Shown: in pieces, positions 1 to 9,707 of the stretch
Position numbering within the stretch: position 1 is the stretch's first letter
Layout: the number at the start of each line of letters is the position of its first letter
Origin: an uncultured Mycoplasmatota bacterium
Lineage (GTDB): Bacteria > Bacillota_I > Bacilli_A > RF39 > UBA660
Assembly: GCA_900551925.1 (NCBI GenBank)
Contig: URXR01000001.1
Coordinates: forward strand, 1 to 41,432
Reading direction: 5' to 3'
DNA: 41,432 nt
Notes under the pieces: generated by a model
What the model was told of the DNA's origin: nothing
Seen by the model: the letters and a program-made list of their open reading frames with translations, nothing else
The model's database searches: none
Made by a program: the position numbers and the translations under genes

Positions 1-16
1 TGTAGAACTTTTTCAT
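1..16 (-). CDS. 5' end of an unidentified CDS running off the left edge (MKKFY...)
   Basis: ATG at 14-16 on the minus strand, with AAAGGAGGA about 7 nt upstream. Only 5 codons are visible. Confidence 0.3.
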
Positions 17-76
17 TCTTCATTCCTCCTTTACTATACTCTTGTATAATTAGGAGGCAATTCCTTAAAAATTTTT

Positions 77-110
77 AAAAAAGAAAAAATAAACAAGAAT
101 TCACTTGTTT
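77..110 (-). terminator. Rho-independent terminator of leuS
   Basis: Hairpin aaacaag/cttgttt (91-97 / 104-110) overlaps the leuS stop and is followed on the minus strand by a long T-run. Confidence 0.7.
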
Positions 111-2499
111 ATTTGGCTACAATATTTACTATTTTCCCTTTTATAACTATTACTTTTAAGATTTCTTTGTTTTCAAGATGTCTTTTGACATTTTCTTGAG
201 CTAAGGCTTTTTCTTTAATTTCTTCTTCTATTTCTTCATTTCCTACAGTTATTTCACCACGAACTTTACCATTTACTTGAACTGCTATTGTTTTGGTAGT
301 GGTAATTATTTTAGATTCATCATATTCTGGCCACTTTTCAAAGGCTATTGTGTTATTATGACCCATTTGTTCCCAAAGTTCTTCGGTGATGTGAGGACAA
401 ATTGGATTAAGTAATTTTAAGAAATTAAGAGCATAGTTTTTAGGGAATACTTCTTCTTTATAAACGGCATTGATAAAGATCATCATACTACTTATAGCAG
501 TATTAAAGTTAAGAGTTTCAAAATCTTGAGTAACTTTTTTGACAGTTTCATGATAAACTTTTTCAAGATTTTTATTTTCTTCATCTTTAATTTTATTTTC
601 ACTGGTATATAATCTATATACTCTATCTAAGAATTTTCTAGCCCCTTCTACTCCATTATTGCTCCATGGTTTATCGGCTTCTAGAGGACCCATAAACATT
701 TCATATAATCTTAGAGTATCAGCACCATATTTTTTTACTATATCATTAGGATTTATTACATATTCAGGAAATCTTTTGCCCATTTTTTGACCATTTGAGC
801 CTAAAATCATTCCTTGGTGAACTAATTTTTTAAATGGTTCTTTTACTGGTACTAGACCTTTGTCGTATAAATAATTATTCCACATTCTAGAGTATAGAAG
901 GTGTCCAACAGCATGTTCTGGTCCTCCAACATATAAATCTACTGGCATCCAATGTTTTAATAGTTCATAATTAGCAAACTCTTTGTCATTATGAGCATCA
1001 ATATATCTTAAGAAATACCAAGATGAACCAGCAGAACCAGGCATAGTTGAAGTTTCTCTTACTCCTTTTTTACCATTTATAACAACATTTTTCCACTCTA
1101 TAGCATTATCTAAAGGAGCTTTACCATTTTTACCTTTATAATCTTTCATCTCTGGTAATACTAATGGTAAATCTTTTTCTTCTAAGGCCATTTCTGTTCC
1201 ATCTTCAAAGAAAACGATAGGAACTGGTTCTCCCCAGTATCTTTGACGCGCAAAGATCCATTCGCGAAGACGATAATTTATTTTTTTCTTACCGTAACCT
1301 TTTTCTTCTAACCAAGATATAATTTTGGCAATGGATTCTTCTTTATTAAGTCCATCTAAGAAAGATGAATTAATATGGACTCCATCTCCAGTATAAGCTT
1401 CAAAAGAAATATTTCCGCCTTCAATTACAGGGATTATATCTAAGTTAAATTTTTTAGCAAATTCATAGTCTCTTTCGTCATGCGCTGGTACAGCCATAAT
1501 AGCGCCAGTCCCATAGCTTGCTAAAACATAATCACTAATCCAAATTGGAATTCGTTCATTGTTTACCGGATTAATAGCGTAAGCTCCGGTAAATACTCCG
1601 GTTTTTTCTTTATTAAGTTCGGTTCTTTCTAAATCACTTTTAGAAGCACATATTTTTTTATATTTTTCTACTTCTTCTTTTTGAGAAGTAGTAGTTATTT
1701 CATCTACTAGATTATGCTCTGGTGCTAAAACACAGTAAGTTGCTCCAAATAAAGTATCTGGACGAGTTGTGAAAACTGTAAAACTTTTATTTTCGTTTTC
1801 TACTTCAAAAATAACTTCAGCTCCAATACTTTTACCAATCCAGTTTCTTTGGATTTCTTTAGTAGATTCAGGCCAATCTATTTCTTCTAGACCTTCAAGT
1901 AATCTTTCAGCATAGGCTGGCATATCGATAACCCATTGCTTCATGTTTTTACGAACTACAGGGTATCCTCCACGTTCACTTTTGCCATCAATTACTTCAT
2001 CATTGGCTAGAACTGTTCCTAATTCTTCGCACCAATTGACAGGCATATCGATAACTTTAGCTAGATGATCTTTATATAACTCAATAAATATCCACTGAGT
2101 CCATTTATAATATTTAGGATCACTGGTAGATATTTCTTTGCTCCAGTCAAAGTCAAAACCTAACATTTTTAACTGTTTAGTAAAGGTTTCAATATTTTTT
2201 TGAGTAAAACCATCAGGATGATTTCCAGTTTTTACAGCATATTGTTCAGCAGGAAGTCCGAAAGAATCAAATCCCATAGGATGAAGAACATTATATCCTT
2301 GCATTCTTTTCATACGAGATATTATATCAGTTGCCGTATAACCTTCAGGATGTCCAGCATGAAGTCCTACTCCACTTGGATAAGGAAACATATCTAAAGC
2401 ATAAAACTTTGGTTTACTAAAATCCCATACATCGGTTTTAAATGTTTCATTCTCTTCCCAATATTTTTGCCATTTTTTTTCTATTTGTTCATGATTCAT
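109..2499 (-). CDS. leuS: Leucyl-tRNA synthetase
   Basis: 796 aa. Class I aaRS HIGH-type motif (HAGHPEGY) and KMSKS-type motif (KMGKRF). Full-length LeuS-like sequence, including the editing-domain region. Confidence 0.97.
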   Translation of the reverse strand: MNHEQIEKKWQKYWEENETFKTDVWDFSKPKFYALDMFPYPSGVGLHAGHPEGYTATDIISRMKRMQGYNVLHPMGFDSFGLPAEQYAVKTGNHPDGFTQKNIETFTKQLKMLGFDFDWSKEISTSDPKYYKWTQWIFIELYKDHLAKVIDMPVNWCEELGTVLANDEVIDGKSERGGYPVVRKNMKQWVIDMPAYAERLLEGLEEIDWPESTKEIQRNWIGKSIGAEVIFEVENENKSFTVFTTRPDTLFGATYCVLAPEHNLVDEITTTSQKEEVEKYKKICASKSDLERTELNKEKTGVFTGAYAINPVNNERIPIWISDYVLASYGTGAIMAVPAHDERDYEFAKKFNLDIIPVIEGGNISFEAYTGDGVHINSSFLDGLNKEESIAKIISWLEEKGYGKKKINYRLREWIFARQRYWGEPVPIVFFEDGTEMALEEKDLPLVLPEMKDYKGKNGKAPLDNAIEWKNVVINGKKGVRETSTMPGSAGSSWYFLRYIDAHNDKEFANYELLKHWMPVDLYVGGPEHAVGHLLYSRMWNNYLYDKGLVPVKEPFKKLVHQGMILGSNGQKMGKRFPEYVINPNDIVKKYGADTLRLYEMFMGPLEADKPWSNNGVEGARKFLDRVYRLYTSENKIKDEENKNLEKVYHETVKKVTQDFETLNFNTAISSMMIFINAVYKEEVFPKNYALNFLKLLNPICPHITEELWEQMGHNNTIAFEKWPEYDESKIITTTKTIAVQVNGKVRGEITVGNEEIEEEIKEKALAQENVKRHLENKEILKVIVIKGKIVNIVAK

Positions 2500-2857
2500 T
2501 TAATGTCATTCCTTTCTTTTCTAAGACTTTTCCTACTAATCTATAGCTTAAAAATAGCACTATAAGAATAGCAGGAATTGCTACGATAAATTTTAAAATC
2601 ATACTATTTACAATATTAGTGATAACTAAAACGAGGCCAATATCTATAGCATTGGTTACAGCGACTATTTTCATCAGTTTTTTATAACTTATTTTTTTTA
2701 CATCAACACGTTGAGTTTGAATAAATAATTTTAAATCAACAGGGATATTGTTTTTAGTATATTTTTTTATTTTACGAAGTTCAATAAATTTATAGTACAG
2801 GAGAACTAATACTACCGCGATTAAAAATTGTATTAAAGAAAATAATATCATACTCAT
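2489..2857 (-). CDS. Small integral membrane protein, unknown function
   Basis: Three predicted hydrophobic helices. The start at M7 has GGAGGAG 5 nt upstream. The 3' end overlaps the leuS start by 11 nt, so the two are probably co-transcribed. Confidence 0.6.
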   Translation of the reverse strand: MSMILFSLIQFLIAVVLVLLYYKFIELRKIKKYTKNNIPVDLKLFIQTQRVDVKKISYKKLMKIVAVTNAIDIGLVLVITNIVNSMILKFIVAIPAILIVLFLSYRLVGKVLEKKGMTLNES

Positions 2858-2988
2858 ATAAACTCCTCCAAACATGATAATTCTTTTATATTATAATAAA
2901 TTTATGAAAAATAGTAAATATCTAGATGAAAAATACTTAAACTTTATAAAAAAAATATAAACTTTAAATAGTCTATATTTTTAATTTA

Positions 2989-3627
2989 TTAATCAATTTT
3001 TCTAGTTTTTACAGAATTTTTTTCTTTAGTAAGAGGAGCTTTTAAAGAATAGATATACTTATCATATTTATAACTACATATTCCTCCTAGGTAATCAAAT
3101 TCTTCTTTAGCTTCCTCTTTTTCTTTTTCTTCTAAAATAAAGCCATCTTCTTCACATAAACCTCTTAATACTACTGGTGATACTAATAAATAATTTTGAG
3201 GAAGGGCTTCTGTTAAATAACCTTTAAAATATAATTTATTTTTTTTAGCTTCAAGAATATTTTTTGATTCAGTAAAAAATAAAACTACATCCTCTGGCAA
3301 AAACTCTTGATATTCCCTACTTATCGCAGGCATTTTTTTATAATTTATGGAAGTTGATGTAGCATCCATACTGCTTATTGTCATCATCATATGTTCTTTA
3401 TTTTCTAGATTATTATAATCATAATAAGTAAAAGTAGTTTCTGGATCTTTACTTTCATAAGTAATGCTATCTTTTAAATTGTTATATAAAAGTTCATAAA
3501 CAAATTTAGTTGATTCTACTAATTTAGTAGTAACTTCTTTTTTACTAGCTTTATATTTTCTTTCTTGTTTATTTGAATTTTTTAATTCTTCATTTAATTT
3601 CTTTAATTCTTCTAATTTTGTTTTCAT
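2989..3627 (-). CDS. Hypothetical protein (N-terminal coiled-coil)
   Basis: Intact ORF. The internal ATG at 3627 is preceded by AAGGAGGAG. The longer ORF-track start has no RBS. No family recognised. Confidence 0.55.
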   Translation of the reverse strand: MKTKLEELKKLNEELKNSNKQERKYKASKKEVTTKLVESTKFVYELLYNNLKDSITYESKDPETTFTYYDYNNLENKEHMMMTISSMDATSTSINYKKMPAISREYQEFLPEDVVLFFTESKNILEAKKNKLYFKGYLTEALPQNYLLVSPVVLRGLCEEDGFILEEKEKEEAKEEFDYLGGICSYKYDKYIYSLKAPLTKEKNSVKTRKID

Positions 3628-3732
3628 AAACTCCTCCTTGTGTTTAATTATTATAAACCTATTTATAATTTGTAGCAAGCTTAAATTGACTAAAAATAGT
3701 CTTATAGTTATAATATTTTTGGATGTGATTTA

Positions 3733-5199
3733 ATGTTTAAATACGGAAATTTTAATAAAAGATATCATACTTTAGATTATTATTATAAAAATAAATATAA
3801 TTGTAAAGTATTTAAAGTCAGCTTAAATTTAGGACTTAGTTGTCCTAATATTGATGGAGCCAAAGGTTATGGAGGATGTATTTATTGTAAAAGCGGTAGT
3901 CAAGCTTTTGGAAGTGATAAGAATAAATCTTTAAAAAGGCAATTTGAAGATGGTAAGAAAATTCTTCATAAGAAATGGAAAAATGCTAAATATATTGCTT
4001 ATTTTCAAAATAATACTAATACTTATGGTGATATAGATTATTTAAAAAAATCATTTTATGAAGTTCTAGAGTATGATAATGTCGTAGGAATTAATATTGC
4101 TACTAGATGTGATGCTATTAGTGAGGAGTGCTTTGATTTACTTTGTGATTTAAATAAAAAAACTGATTTAACGGTGGAACTTGGTCTTCAAACTATTCAT
4201 GAAAAGACTTCTAAACTTATTAATAGAGGTCATACTTTAGAAGAGTTTAATACTATGTATAAAAAACTTAAAAAAGCTAAAATTAAAGTAGTTGTACATA
4301 TTATAAATGGTCTTCCTTTTGAAACTAAGGAGATGATGATAGAGACTGCTTGTTATTTAAATAAGTTAAAAGTAGATGGGGTTAAAATTCATATGTTACA
4401 GGTTTTAAAAGGTACTAAACTGGAAAAATTATATGAAAAAGAAAGGTTTCATATCTTATCTAAAGAGGAATATATTGATATTGTTACTTTTCAATTAGAA
4501 AATTTAAATGAGGATATCGTTATTCATAGAATAACTGGAGATCCTCTTCCTGAAGACTTAGTGGCACCTTTATGGACTTTGGATAAGTTTAAGGTTTTAA
4601 ATGATATCGATAAAGAGCTTAAAAAAAGAAGAACTTATCAAGGCTTTAATTTAAGTATTTTAAATAGAGCTAGATTACTATTTTCAATAAATTTAAAGAA
4701 AAATGATTTAGTTATTGATGCTACTTTAGGTAATGGTAAGGATAGTTTATATTTGTTATCTTTAATTAAAGAGGGATTTTTATTTGGATTTGATATTTCT
4801 AAAGAAGCTATTTTAAATAGTGATAATTTATTAAAGGATGAGTTTAAAAATTATAAATTATATAATATAAGTCATGATAAAATGGATGAGGTTTTAAAAG
4901 ATTATGAAAATAAAATAAGTTTAGTGGTTTTTAATTTAGGATATTTGCCTCATAGTAAAAATATTAGTATGACTAATTATAAAACTACAATTAAAGCAAT
5001 TGAAGCTGCTATTAAGCTTTTAAATAAGAAAGGACATATTGTTGTTACTATTTATCCAGGACACTTTGAAGGATTAAAAGAAAGTTTAGAGATAAAAAAG
5101 ATGTTAAAAACTAATAATTATATATATAAAGAATATCATAATACTTTAAAAGAGACTGCCCCTTATGTTATAGATATAAAAAAATCTAGATTAGATTAG
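3733..5199 (+). CDS. Fusion protein: TIGR01212/YtqA-type radical SAM enzyme (N-terminal) + YtqB-type class I SAM methyltransferase (C-terminal)
   Basis: The N-terminal half is YtqA/TIGR01212-like, with its Cys residues split between CPNIDG and GGCIYC and TIM-barrel-like radical SAM core motifs. The C-terminal ~190 aa has the VIDATLGNGKDS SAM-binding motif and the FNLGYLP motif typical of the YtqB 'putative rRNA methylase' family. Confidence 0.8.
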   Translation: MFKYGNFNKRYHTLDYYYKNKYNCKVFKVSLNLGLSCPNIDGAKGYGGCIYCKSGSQAFGSDKNKSLKRQFEDGKKILHKKWKNAKYIAYFQNNTNTYGDIDYLKKSFYEVLEYDNVVGINIATRCDAISEECFDLLCDLNKKTDLTVELGLQTIHEKTSKLINRGHTLEEFNTMYKKLKKAKIKVVVHIINGLPFETKEMMIETACYLNKLKVDGVKIHMLQVLKGTKLEKLYEKERFHILSKEEYIDIVTFQLENLNEDIVIHRITGDPLPEDLVAPLWTLDKFKVLNDIDKELKKRRTYQGFNLSILNRARLLFSINLKKNDLVIDATLGNGKDSLYLLSLIKEGFLFGFDISKEAILNSDNLLKDEFKNYKLYNISHDKMDEVLKDYENKISLVVFNLGYLPHSKNISMTNYKTTIKAIEAAIKLLNKKGHIVVTIYPGHFEGLKESLEIKKMLKTNNYIYKEYHNTLKETAPYVIDIKKSRLD

Positions 5200-5210
5200 T
5201 CTAGATTTTT

Positions 5211-5606
5211 TTAAATGTCTTTTAGAATATTAATTATAAAACTAATTATTATTAGTACTATGATTAGATAATAATATTTAACGAAAAAGTTTAAATATTT
5301 TTCTAGATAGGTGCTTTTTTTGATTAAATCTATTAAAAATAAAACTAAAGCACTTAGAAAAAATAAAAAGATAGGGATTGTTAAAATATTATAGTTTATA
5401 GCGCCAATTATATCACCGTGGAAAAGACTTCTAAAACCTCTGGTTAGTCCACAGGCAGGACAAGGAATAGAAAAGATGGTTTTGAAAAGACATGATATAT
5501 CAAAAACAAATACTACTAGTATTCCGAATACAAGTAGTATTGTCATAATTAATAAAATTAATTTGTAGTTATTAGTCAACCAATCTATTTCCTTCAGCAT
5601 CAACAT
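5211..5606 (-). CDS. DUF2752-family membrane protein
   Basis: CPACGLTRG motif followed by multiple TM helices. Overlaps the upstream TM2 gene. Confidence 0.75.
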   Translation of the reverse strand: MLMLKEIDWLTNNYKLILLIMTILLVFGILVVFVFDISCLFKTIFSIPCPACGLTRGFRSLFHGDIIGAINYNILTIPIFLFFLSALVLFLIDLIKKSTYLEKYLNFFVKYYYLIIVLIIISFIINILKDI

Positions 5607-5934
5607 TGATAGTGCCAGTTAAAATTAAGATTCCTTCGATTAGACCCCAAATAGCTGAAGCAAATGATAGTATACCGCAAGATAAAACTGTTATTAATAG
5701 TTGCGCTACAGCTTTGCCGGTATAACCTAAATAAAAATTGTGAACTCCGAAACAGCCTAAGAAAATTCCTAAAAGACCAGCGGCTATTTTAGATTTAGGT
5801 TGGCCGCTTCCTACTATTTCGCCTTCTACTTTTTCGGTTTTAGTTTTTGTTTCATTTATTTTTTTGCCACAATTACCACAAAATTCAGCACCTTTTTCTA
5901 ACTCTTTACCACAATTTGAACAATATTTTGCCAT
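5572..5934 (-). CDS. Zinc-ribbon + TM2-domain membrane protein
   Basis: CSNCG...CGNCG zinc ribbon, then a TM2 signature (GIFLGCFGVHNFYLGYTGKAVAQLL). The start at MAKYC has GAGAGGAG upstream. The longer ORF-track start has no RBS. Confidence 0.8.
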   Translation of the reverse strand: MAKYCSNCGKELEKGAEFCGNCGKKINETKTKTEKVEGEIVGSGQPKSKIAAGLLGIFLGCFGVHNFYLGYTGKAVAQLLITVLSCGILSFASAIWGLIEGILILTGTINVDAEGNRLVD

Positions 5935-5987
5935 ATGATCACTCCTCTCATAAATAATAGCATAATTTAGAAGATTTAGCAATAATC

Positions 5988-7235
5988 CTATTTAATAATT
6001 TCTAGGATAATATCATTTTGTTTCTTTTTAAAAAGGGAAATATTAAAAGCATCATAAACGTCACCTTCAGCTACTTTATTGTTGCCATATAATTTAGCTA
6101 AAATATCGCCTTCTTTAATATCATCTCCTGGTTCTACCTTTAAAATTATTCCAGCATTATAGTCAATCTCATCATCTTTAGCTTTTCTTCCGGCGCCAAG
6201 GTTCATAGAAATTGTTCCTATTTTTCTGCTATCTATTTCATTTAAATAACCATATCTTTTAGCTAAAATATATTCACAATCAGGAAGATTTATTTCTAAA
6301 TTTCCTCCTTGATGATAAACAAATTCGCAAAATTTATCATAAGCTTTGCCATTTGTTATTGCATCTTCTACTTGAGCCAAAGCTTCTTCTTTAGAATAAC
6401 CTTTACTCATGGAAAGCATAAGAGCTGCCATTTCTTTACAAAGATAAGTTAAATTATTTTGTTTATTGTTTTTTAAAATATCTATTACTTCTAAGACTTC
6501 TATAGAGTTACCAATATTTGTTCCTAAAGGATTGTCCATTTCCGTTAGCATACAGACAACTTCACGATTATATTTTTTTCCTATTTTTATCATTAAATTA
6601 GCTAAGGCTCTAGCATCATTTATATTATCCACTAAAGCTCCTTTTCCTACTTTGACATCAAGTAAGATTTTACTCGCACCACTAGCTATTTTTTTACTCA
6701 TAATACTGATCGCTATTAGAGGTACTGATTTAGTTGTACCAGTTACATCTCTTAAAGCATAAACTTTTTTATCAAGAGGACATAAATTATCAGTTTGAGA
6801 GGAAATAACCATGCCAACATCTTCTAAACAGGTGTAAAATTCTTCTTTAGTTAAATCAGTTTTTACGCCAATACTATTTAATTTATCAATTGTTCCTCCG
6901 GTATATCCTAAGGCTTTACCACTCATTTTAGCTATTTTTACACCAAGACTTGCTAAAATAGGTAAAACTATTAAAGTAGTTTTATCTCCTACCCCTCCGG
7001 TTGAATGTTTATCAATAAAATCAGGATTTTCTTCTAAAACATCACCACTTTTAATAAAAATATCTACTAAAGAAAAAACTTCATTTTCTGATAGACCATA
7101 TTTACAAATAGTTTTTAGAACTTTAGTCATTTCTTCATCAGTTACTTTATTTTCTAGATAACCTTTAAATAAGTGTTCTAATTCTTCATAAGAAAGTTCA
7201 TTTTTTTCTTTTAGTTTTTCTATTAAAAAATTCAT
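5988..7235 (-). CDS. pdp: Pyrimidine-nucleoside (thymidine) phosphorylase
   Basis: HSTGGVGDKTTL signature, glycosyl-transferase family 3 core and C-terminal alpha/beta domain. Confidence 0.93.
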   Translation of the reverse strand: MNFLIEKLKEKNELSYEELEHLFKGYLENKVTDEEMTKVLKTICKYGLSENEVFSLVDIFIKSGDVLEENPDFIDKHSTGGVGDKTTLIVLPILASLGVKIAKMSGKALGYTGGTIDKLNSIGVKTDLTKEEFYTCLEDVGMVISSQTDNLCPLDKKVYALRDVTGTTKSVPLIAISIMSKKIASGASKILLDVKVGKGALVDNINDARALANLMIKIGKKYNREVVCMLTEMDNPLGTNIGNSIEVLEVIDILKNNKQNNLTYLCKEMAALMLSMSKGYSKEEALAQVEDAITNGKAYDKFCEFVYHQGGNLEINLPDCEYILAKRYGYLNEIDSRKIGTISMNLGAGRKAKDDEIDYNAGIILKVEPGDDIKEGDILAKLYGNNKVAEGDVYDAFNISLFKKKQNDIILEIIK

Positions 7236-7316
7236 ATTTTCACCTACTATCTAGTATATATATTACTATTATATACTGATATTTATTTTAAAACAATAAA
7301 AACTAAAATATTTTTG

Positions 7317-7356
7317 TAATCAAAAATAGCTAAATAATTGGCTTAGTTAGCTATTT
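7317..7356 (-). terminator. Rho-independent terminator of the glycine-rich protein gene
   Basis: 10-bp stem aaatagctaa/ttagctattt (7324-7333 / 7347-7356) overlaps the stop codon. A T-run follows on the minus strand. Confidence 0.7.
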
Positions 7357-9524
7357 AAGTTAAATTTTTCGATATCATAATTATAATTATGAAGTAGCTC
7401 TTCTTCTGTTAAAGCTCTATTGTAAACACGGATTGAATATATTTCTCCTTGAAAATAGTAAGCGCTTTCTGAACCTCCTATATATATTCTATTTTGAGTT
7501 ATTTTTGGACTAAAATCCGCTGTTAATTCTTTGTATAAAGTTGCATTACTATAAGCTTTTAAATTTCTTTCTTTCAACACACTACTTACTAATTGTACTT
7601 TATTTAATTCTTCATCCAATATAGGTTTAGTTATATGTGAGGAATTAGTACTATCTGATATAGTATACGTAAAACCTCCGTCACCTATATCTGTTGATAA
7701 ATATCTTTCAGTCCATCTTCCATGATTTACTGTATTAAATATTATTTGATAAGTTCCTGTATTTCTTTTGGGTGTTACTAATATTTCTAGTGTATATTCA
7801 TCTGTTATATTATAAGTAGCATTAGTTCTATATGCATAATCATTTACTCCATCAAAGGATAAGTAATTAGAGTACCAGGTTGACCCACTTACTGTTACAT
7901 TATTATTATTACCACTTAAATCTTTCCAAGTTGATGAAGAATAAGCATGAGTAGCTCCGGTGTTAGCATAACCATCAAGCCAAAGAATTAAATTATCTTG
8001 GATATAACCATTATAGGTATCGGTATAAGCATTTATTCTGTGTCCATTACTTGTTTCTATACTTGCTTCATTTATTACTTCAGTCCATGAATTATTATCG
8101 CTACTTACTGAAGTTACATTATCATAATAGCTTCTTTGATCCCAAAAATGATTCCACACTGCTACTTCATCTAAATCATAGGTATCTCCTAAATCTACTG
8201 TTATACATTGGTTATTAGTTTGTGCTGAGGCTTGAGCAAAATGATAATCATCATTGGTGATATCTCCATCTGTTATTCTAGAATATGGTCTAGAACTCAT
8301 TTCGGGAGTTGTTCCTGTTACTGTTTTTCCTTTAGCTATGTTTACCCCATCTTTTATGGCTTGTAATTCTATCCAAAGATTATTATCATTAGCACTGCTA
8401 TAATTAATACAATTTTTTATGTACCTTACATTGTTTAATTTTTCTGTTTTCTTCTTTGGTTTATCATAGACATAAGTTATTTTAGCATAACCATTTCCTT
8501 CATTTTGTCCTGCTATCATTTTTCCTCCAATAAAGTATTTACCTGAATAATGAAGTGTTTGATTGGTGTGTTTTATTGTGGTACTTTCTTCCACACTATT
8601 TACTCCAGCATAACCACTTATATATGAGGAACCGCCGCCTCCTGGAGTTGATCCATTAGCCCCACCAGAACCTCCACTTCCGCCATAGTATCCTGAGCCT
8701 CCACCTCCACCACTACCGGCTATAGCAGTTGCTGCATTTGCTCCTCCGGAGCCACCTTTTCCAAAGGATCCTGCTGTTCCATTCGATTGAGCTGTATTCC
8801 ATTTTATTGGCTCTTCTCCACCACTTATTTGAGTACCAGGATTTCCTAAAGTACTTTGATATGTTGAAGATATTGGATCTCCTCCATATAATGCGCCACC
8901 ATGACCTTGCACACTAGACATCTCCCCTGCTCCTCCGGCTCCTCCTGCTGCTACCATTATTCTTGATATTAATGATGACATATTATCCCAATTTCCACTT
9001 ACTAATCTTACATCGGTTGCTCCTCCTCCGGTTGTTCCACACACTCCGCTTTTTGCAGGCTTAGCTATCCCTCCTCCATTAAATTCATATCCTGTATTTC
9101 TACAATTAGTATTTGCATTTGTCCCTTTACCTCCAACATAGAAATATAATTTTTCTCCTTGTTCCAAATGTATATAGCCACTTGTTTTTGCTCCAAATGA
9201 TTCATTACTAGTATCTGCCGGGGTACCTCCGCCAGCCATTTCTATATAATAATATCCGTCTTTTGGTACTTCGTATTCTTGTGAAGTTCCTGTATAGTTA
9301 AAAACAGTGGTTTTATTTATTAAAGTATCTACTACTACCTCTATGGTTTTTTCACCTTTTATTGTATCTGTAAATAAGGCATATGATGTTTTTGTCATAC
9401 TTACTCCAATAAATATGGCAATTAACATTATTCCAACGCAAAATAAAGATAGAAATACTTTATTTATTTCTTTTATATCTTTATTTAATTGTTTATAAAG
9501 ATACCCCCCCCCAAAGTCTCTCAT
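7347..9524 (-). CDS. Secreted multidomain protein: SipW/TasA-type signal peptide + glycine-rich domain + F5/8 type C (discoidin) domain + LamG/concanavalin-like domain
   Basis: Signal region ends ...SMTKTSYALFTDT (camelysin/TasA-type). Gly-rich motifs (YFYVGGKG, GGGATDVRL, VAAGGAGGAG, GSGGGGGSGYYGGSGGSGG). Discoidin-like ITDGD...CITVDLG...WNHFW. C-terminal LamG-like LSFDGVNDYA...YFQGEIYSIRVYNRALTEEE. Confidence 0.85.
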   Translation of the reverse strand: MRDFGGGYLYKQLNKDIKEINKVFLSLFCVGIMLIAIFIGVSMTKTSYALFTDTIKGEKTIEVVVDTLINKTTVFNYTGTSQEYEVPKDGYYYIEMAGGGTPADTSNESFGAKTSGYIHLEQGEKLYFYVGGKGTNANTNCRNTGYEFNGGGIAKPAKSGVCGTTGGGATDVRLVSGNWDNMSSLISRIMVAAGGAGGAGEMSSVQGHGGALYGGDPISSTYQSTLGNPGTQISGGEEPIKWNTAQSNGTAGSFGKGGSGGANAATAIAGSGGGGGSGYYGGSGGSGGANGSTPGGGGSSYISGYAGVNSVEESTTIKHTNQTLHYSGKYFIGGKMIAGQNEGNGYAKITYVYDKPKKKTEKLNNVRYIKNCINYSSANDNNLWIELQAIKDGVNIAKGKTVTGTTPEMSSRPYSRITDGDITNDDYHFAQASAQTNNQCITVDLGDTYDLDEVAVWNHFWDQRSYYDNVTSVSSDNNSWTEVINEASIETSNGHRINAYTDTYNGYIQDNLILWLDGYANTGATHAYSSSTWKDLSGNNNNVTVSGSTWYSNYLSFDGVNDYAYRTNATYNITDEYTLEILVTPKRNTGTYQIIFNTVNHGRWTERYLSTDIGDGGFTYTISDSTNSSHITKPILDEELNKVQLVSSVLKERNLKAYSNATLYKELTADFSPKITQNRIYIGGSESAYYFQGEIYSIRVYNRALTEEELLHNYNYDIEKFNLNS
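9504..9512 (-). repeat. G9 homopolymeric tract (C9 on the plus strand) in codons 5-7 of the glycine-rich protein gene
   Basis: Read directly: ATG AGA GAC TTT GGG GGG GGG TAT. It is the only long G/C run I saw in this AT-rich window. Confidence 0.95.
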
Positions 9525-9707
9525 TTTTTGTAGTTTGTTCCTTGTTTTTTATCATATTTCTCACTACTTTCTTTTAGTTTTTTATACATTTTTATTATAA
9601 CTTTTTACATGTAAAAATACAAGTTATTTTAATGCTTTTGATAAATTTTAAAAATTAAAAACTTTTAGATTTGATAAAATCATGATAAAATTATAATGGT
9701 GGTGTAA

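Noticed and set aside
2858-2988. Expected a T-box riboswitch leader upstream of leuS, as in many Firmicutes.
   Set aside because: The leuS start overlaps the upstream membrane-protein gene. The only intergenic space (about 130 nt) is too short and shows no specifier/terminator-antiterminator architecture or T-box consensus by eye.
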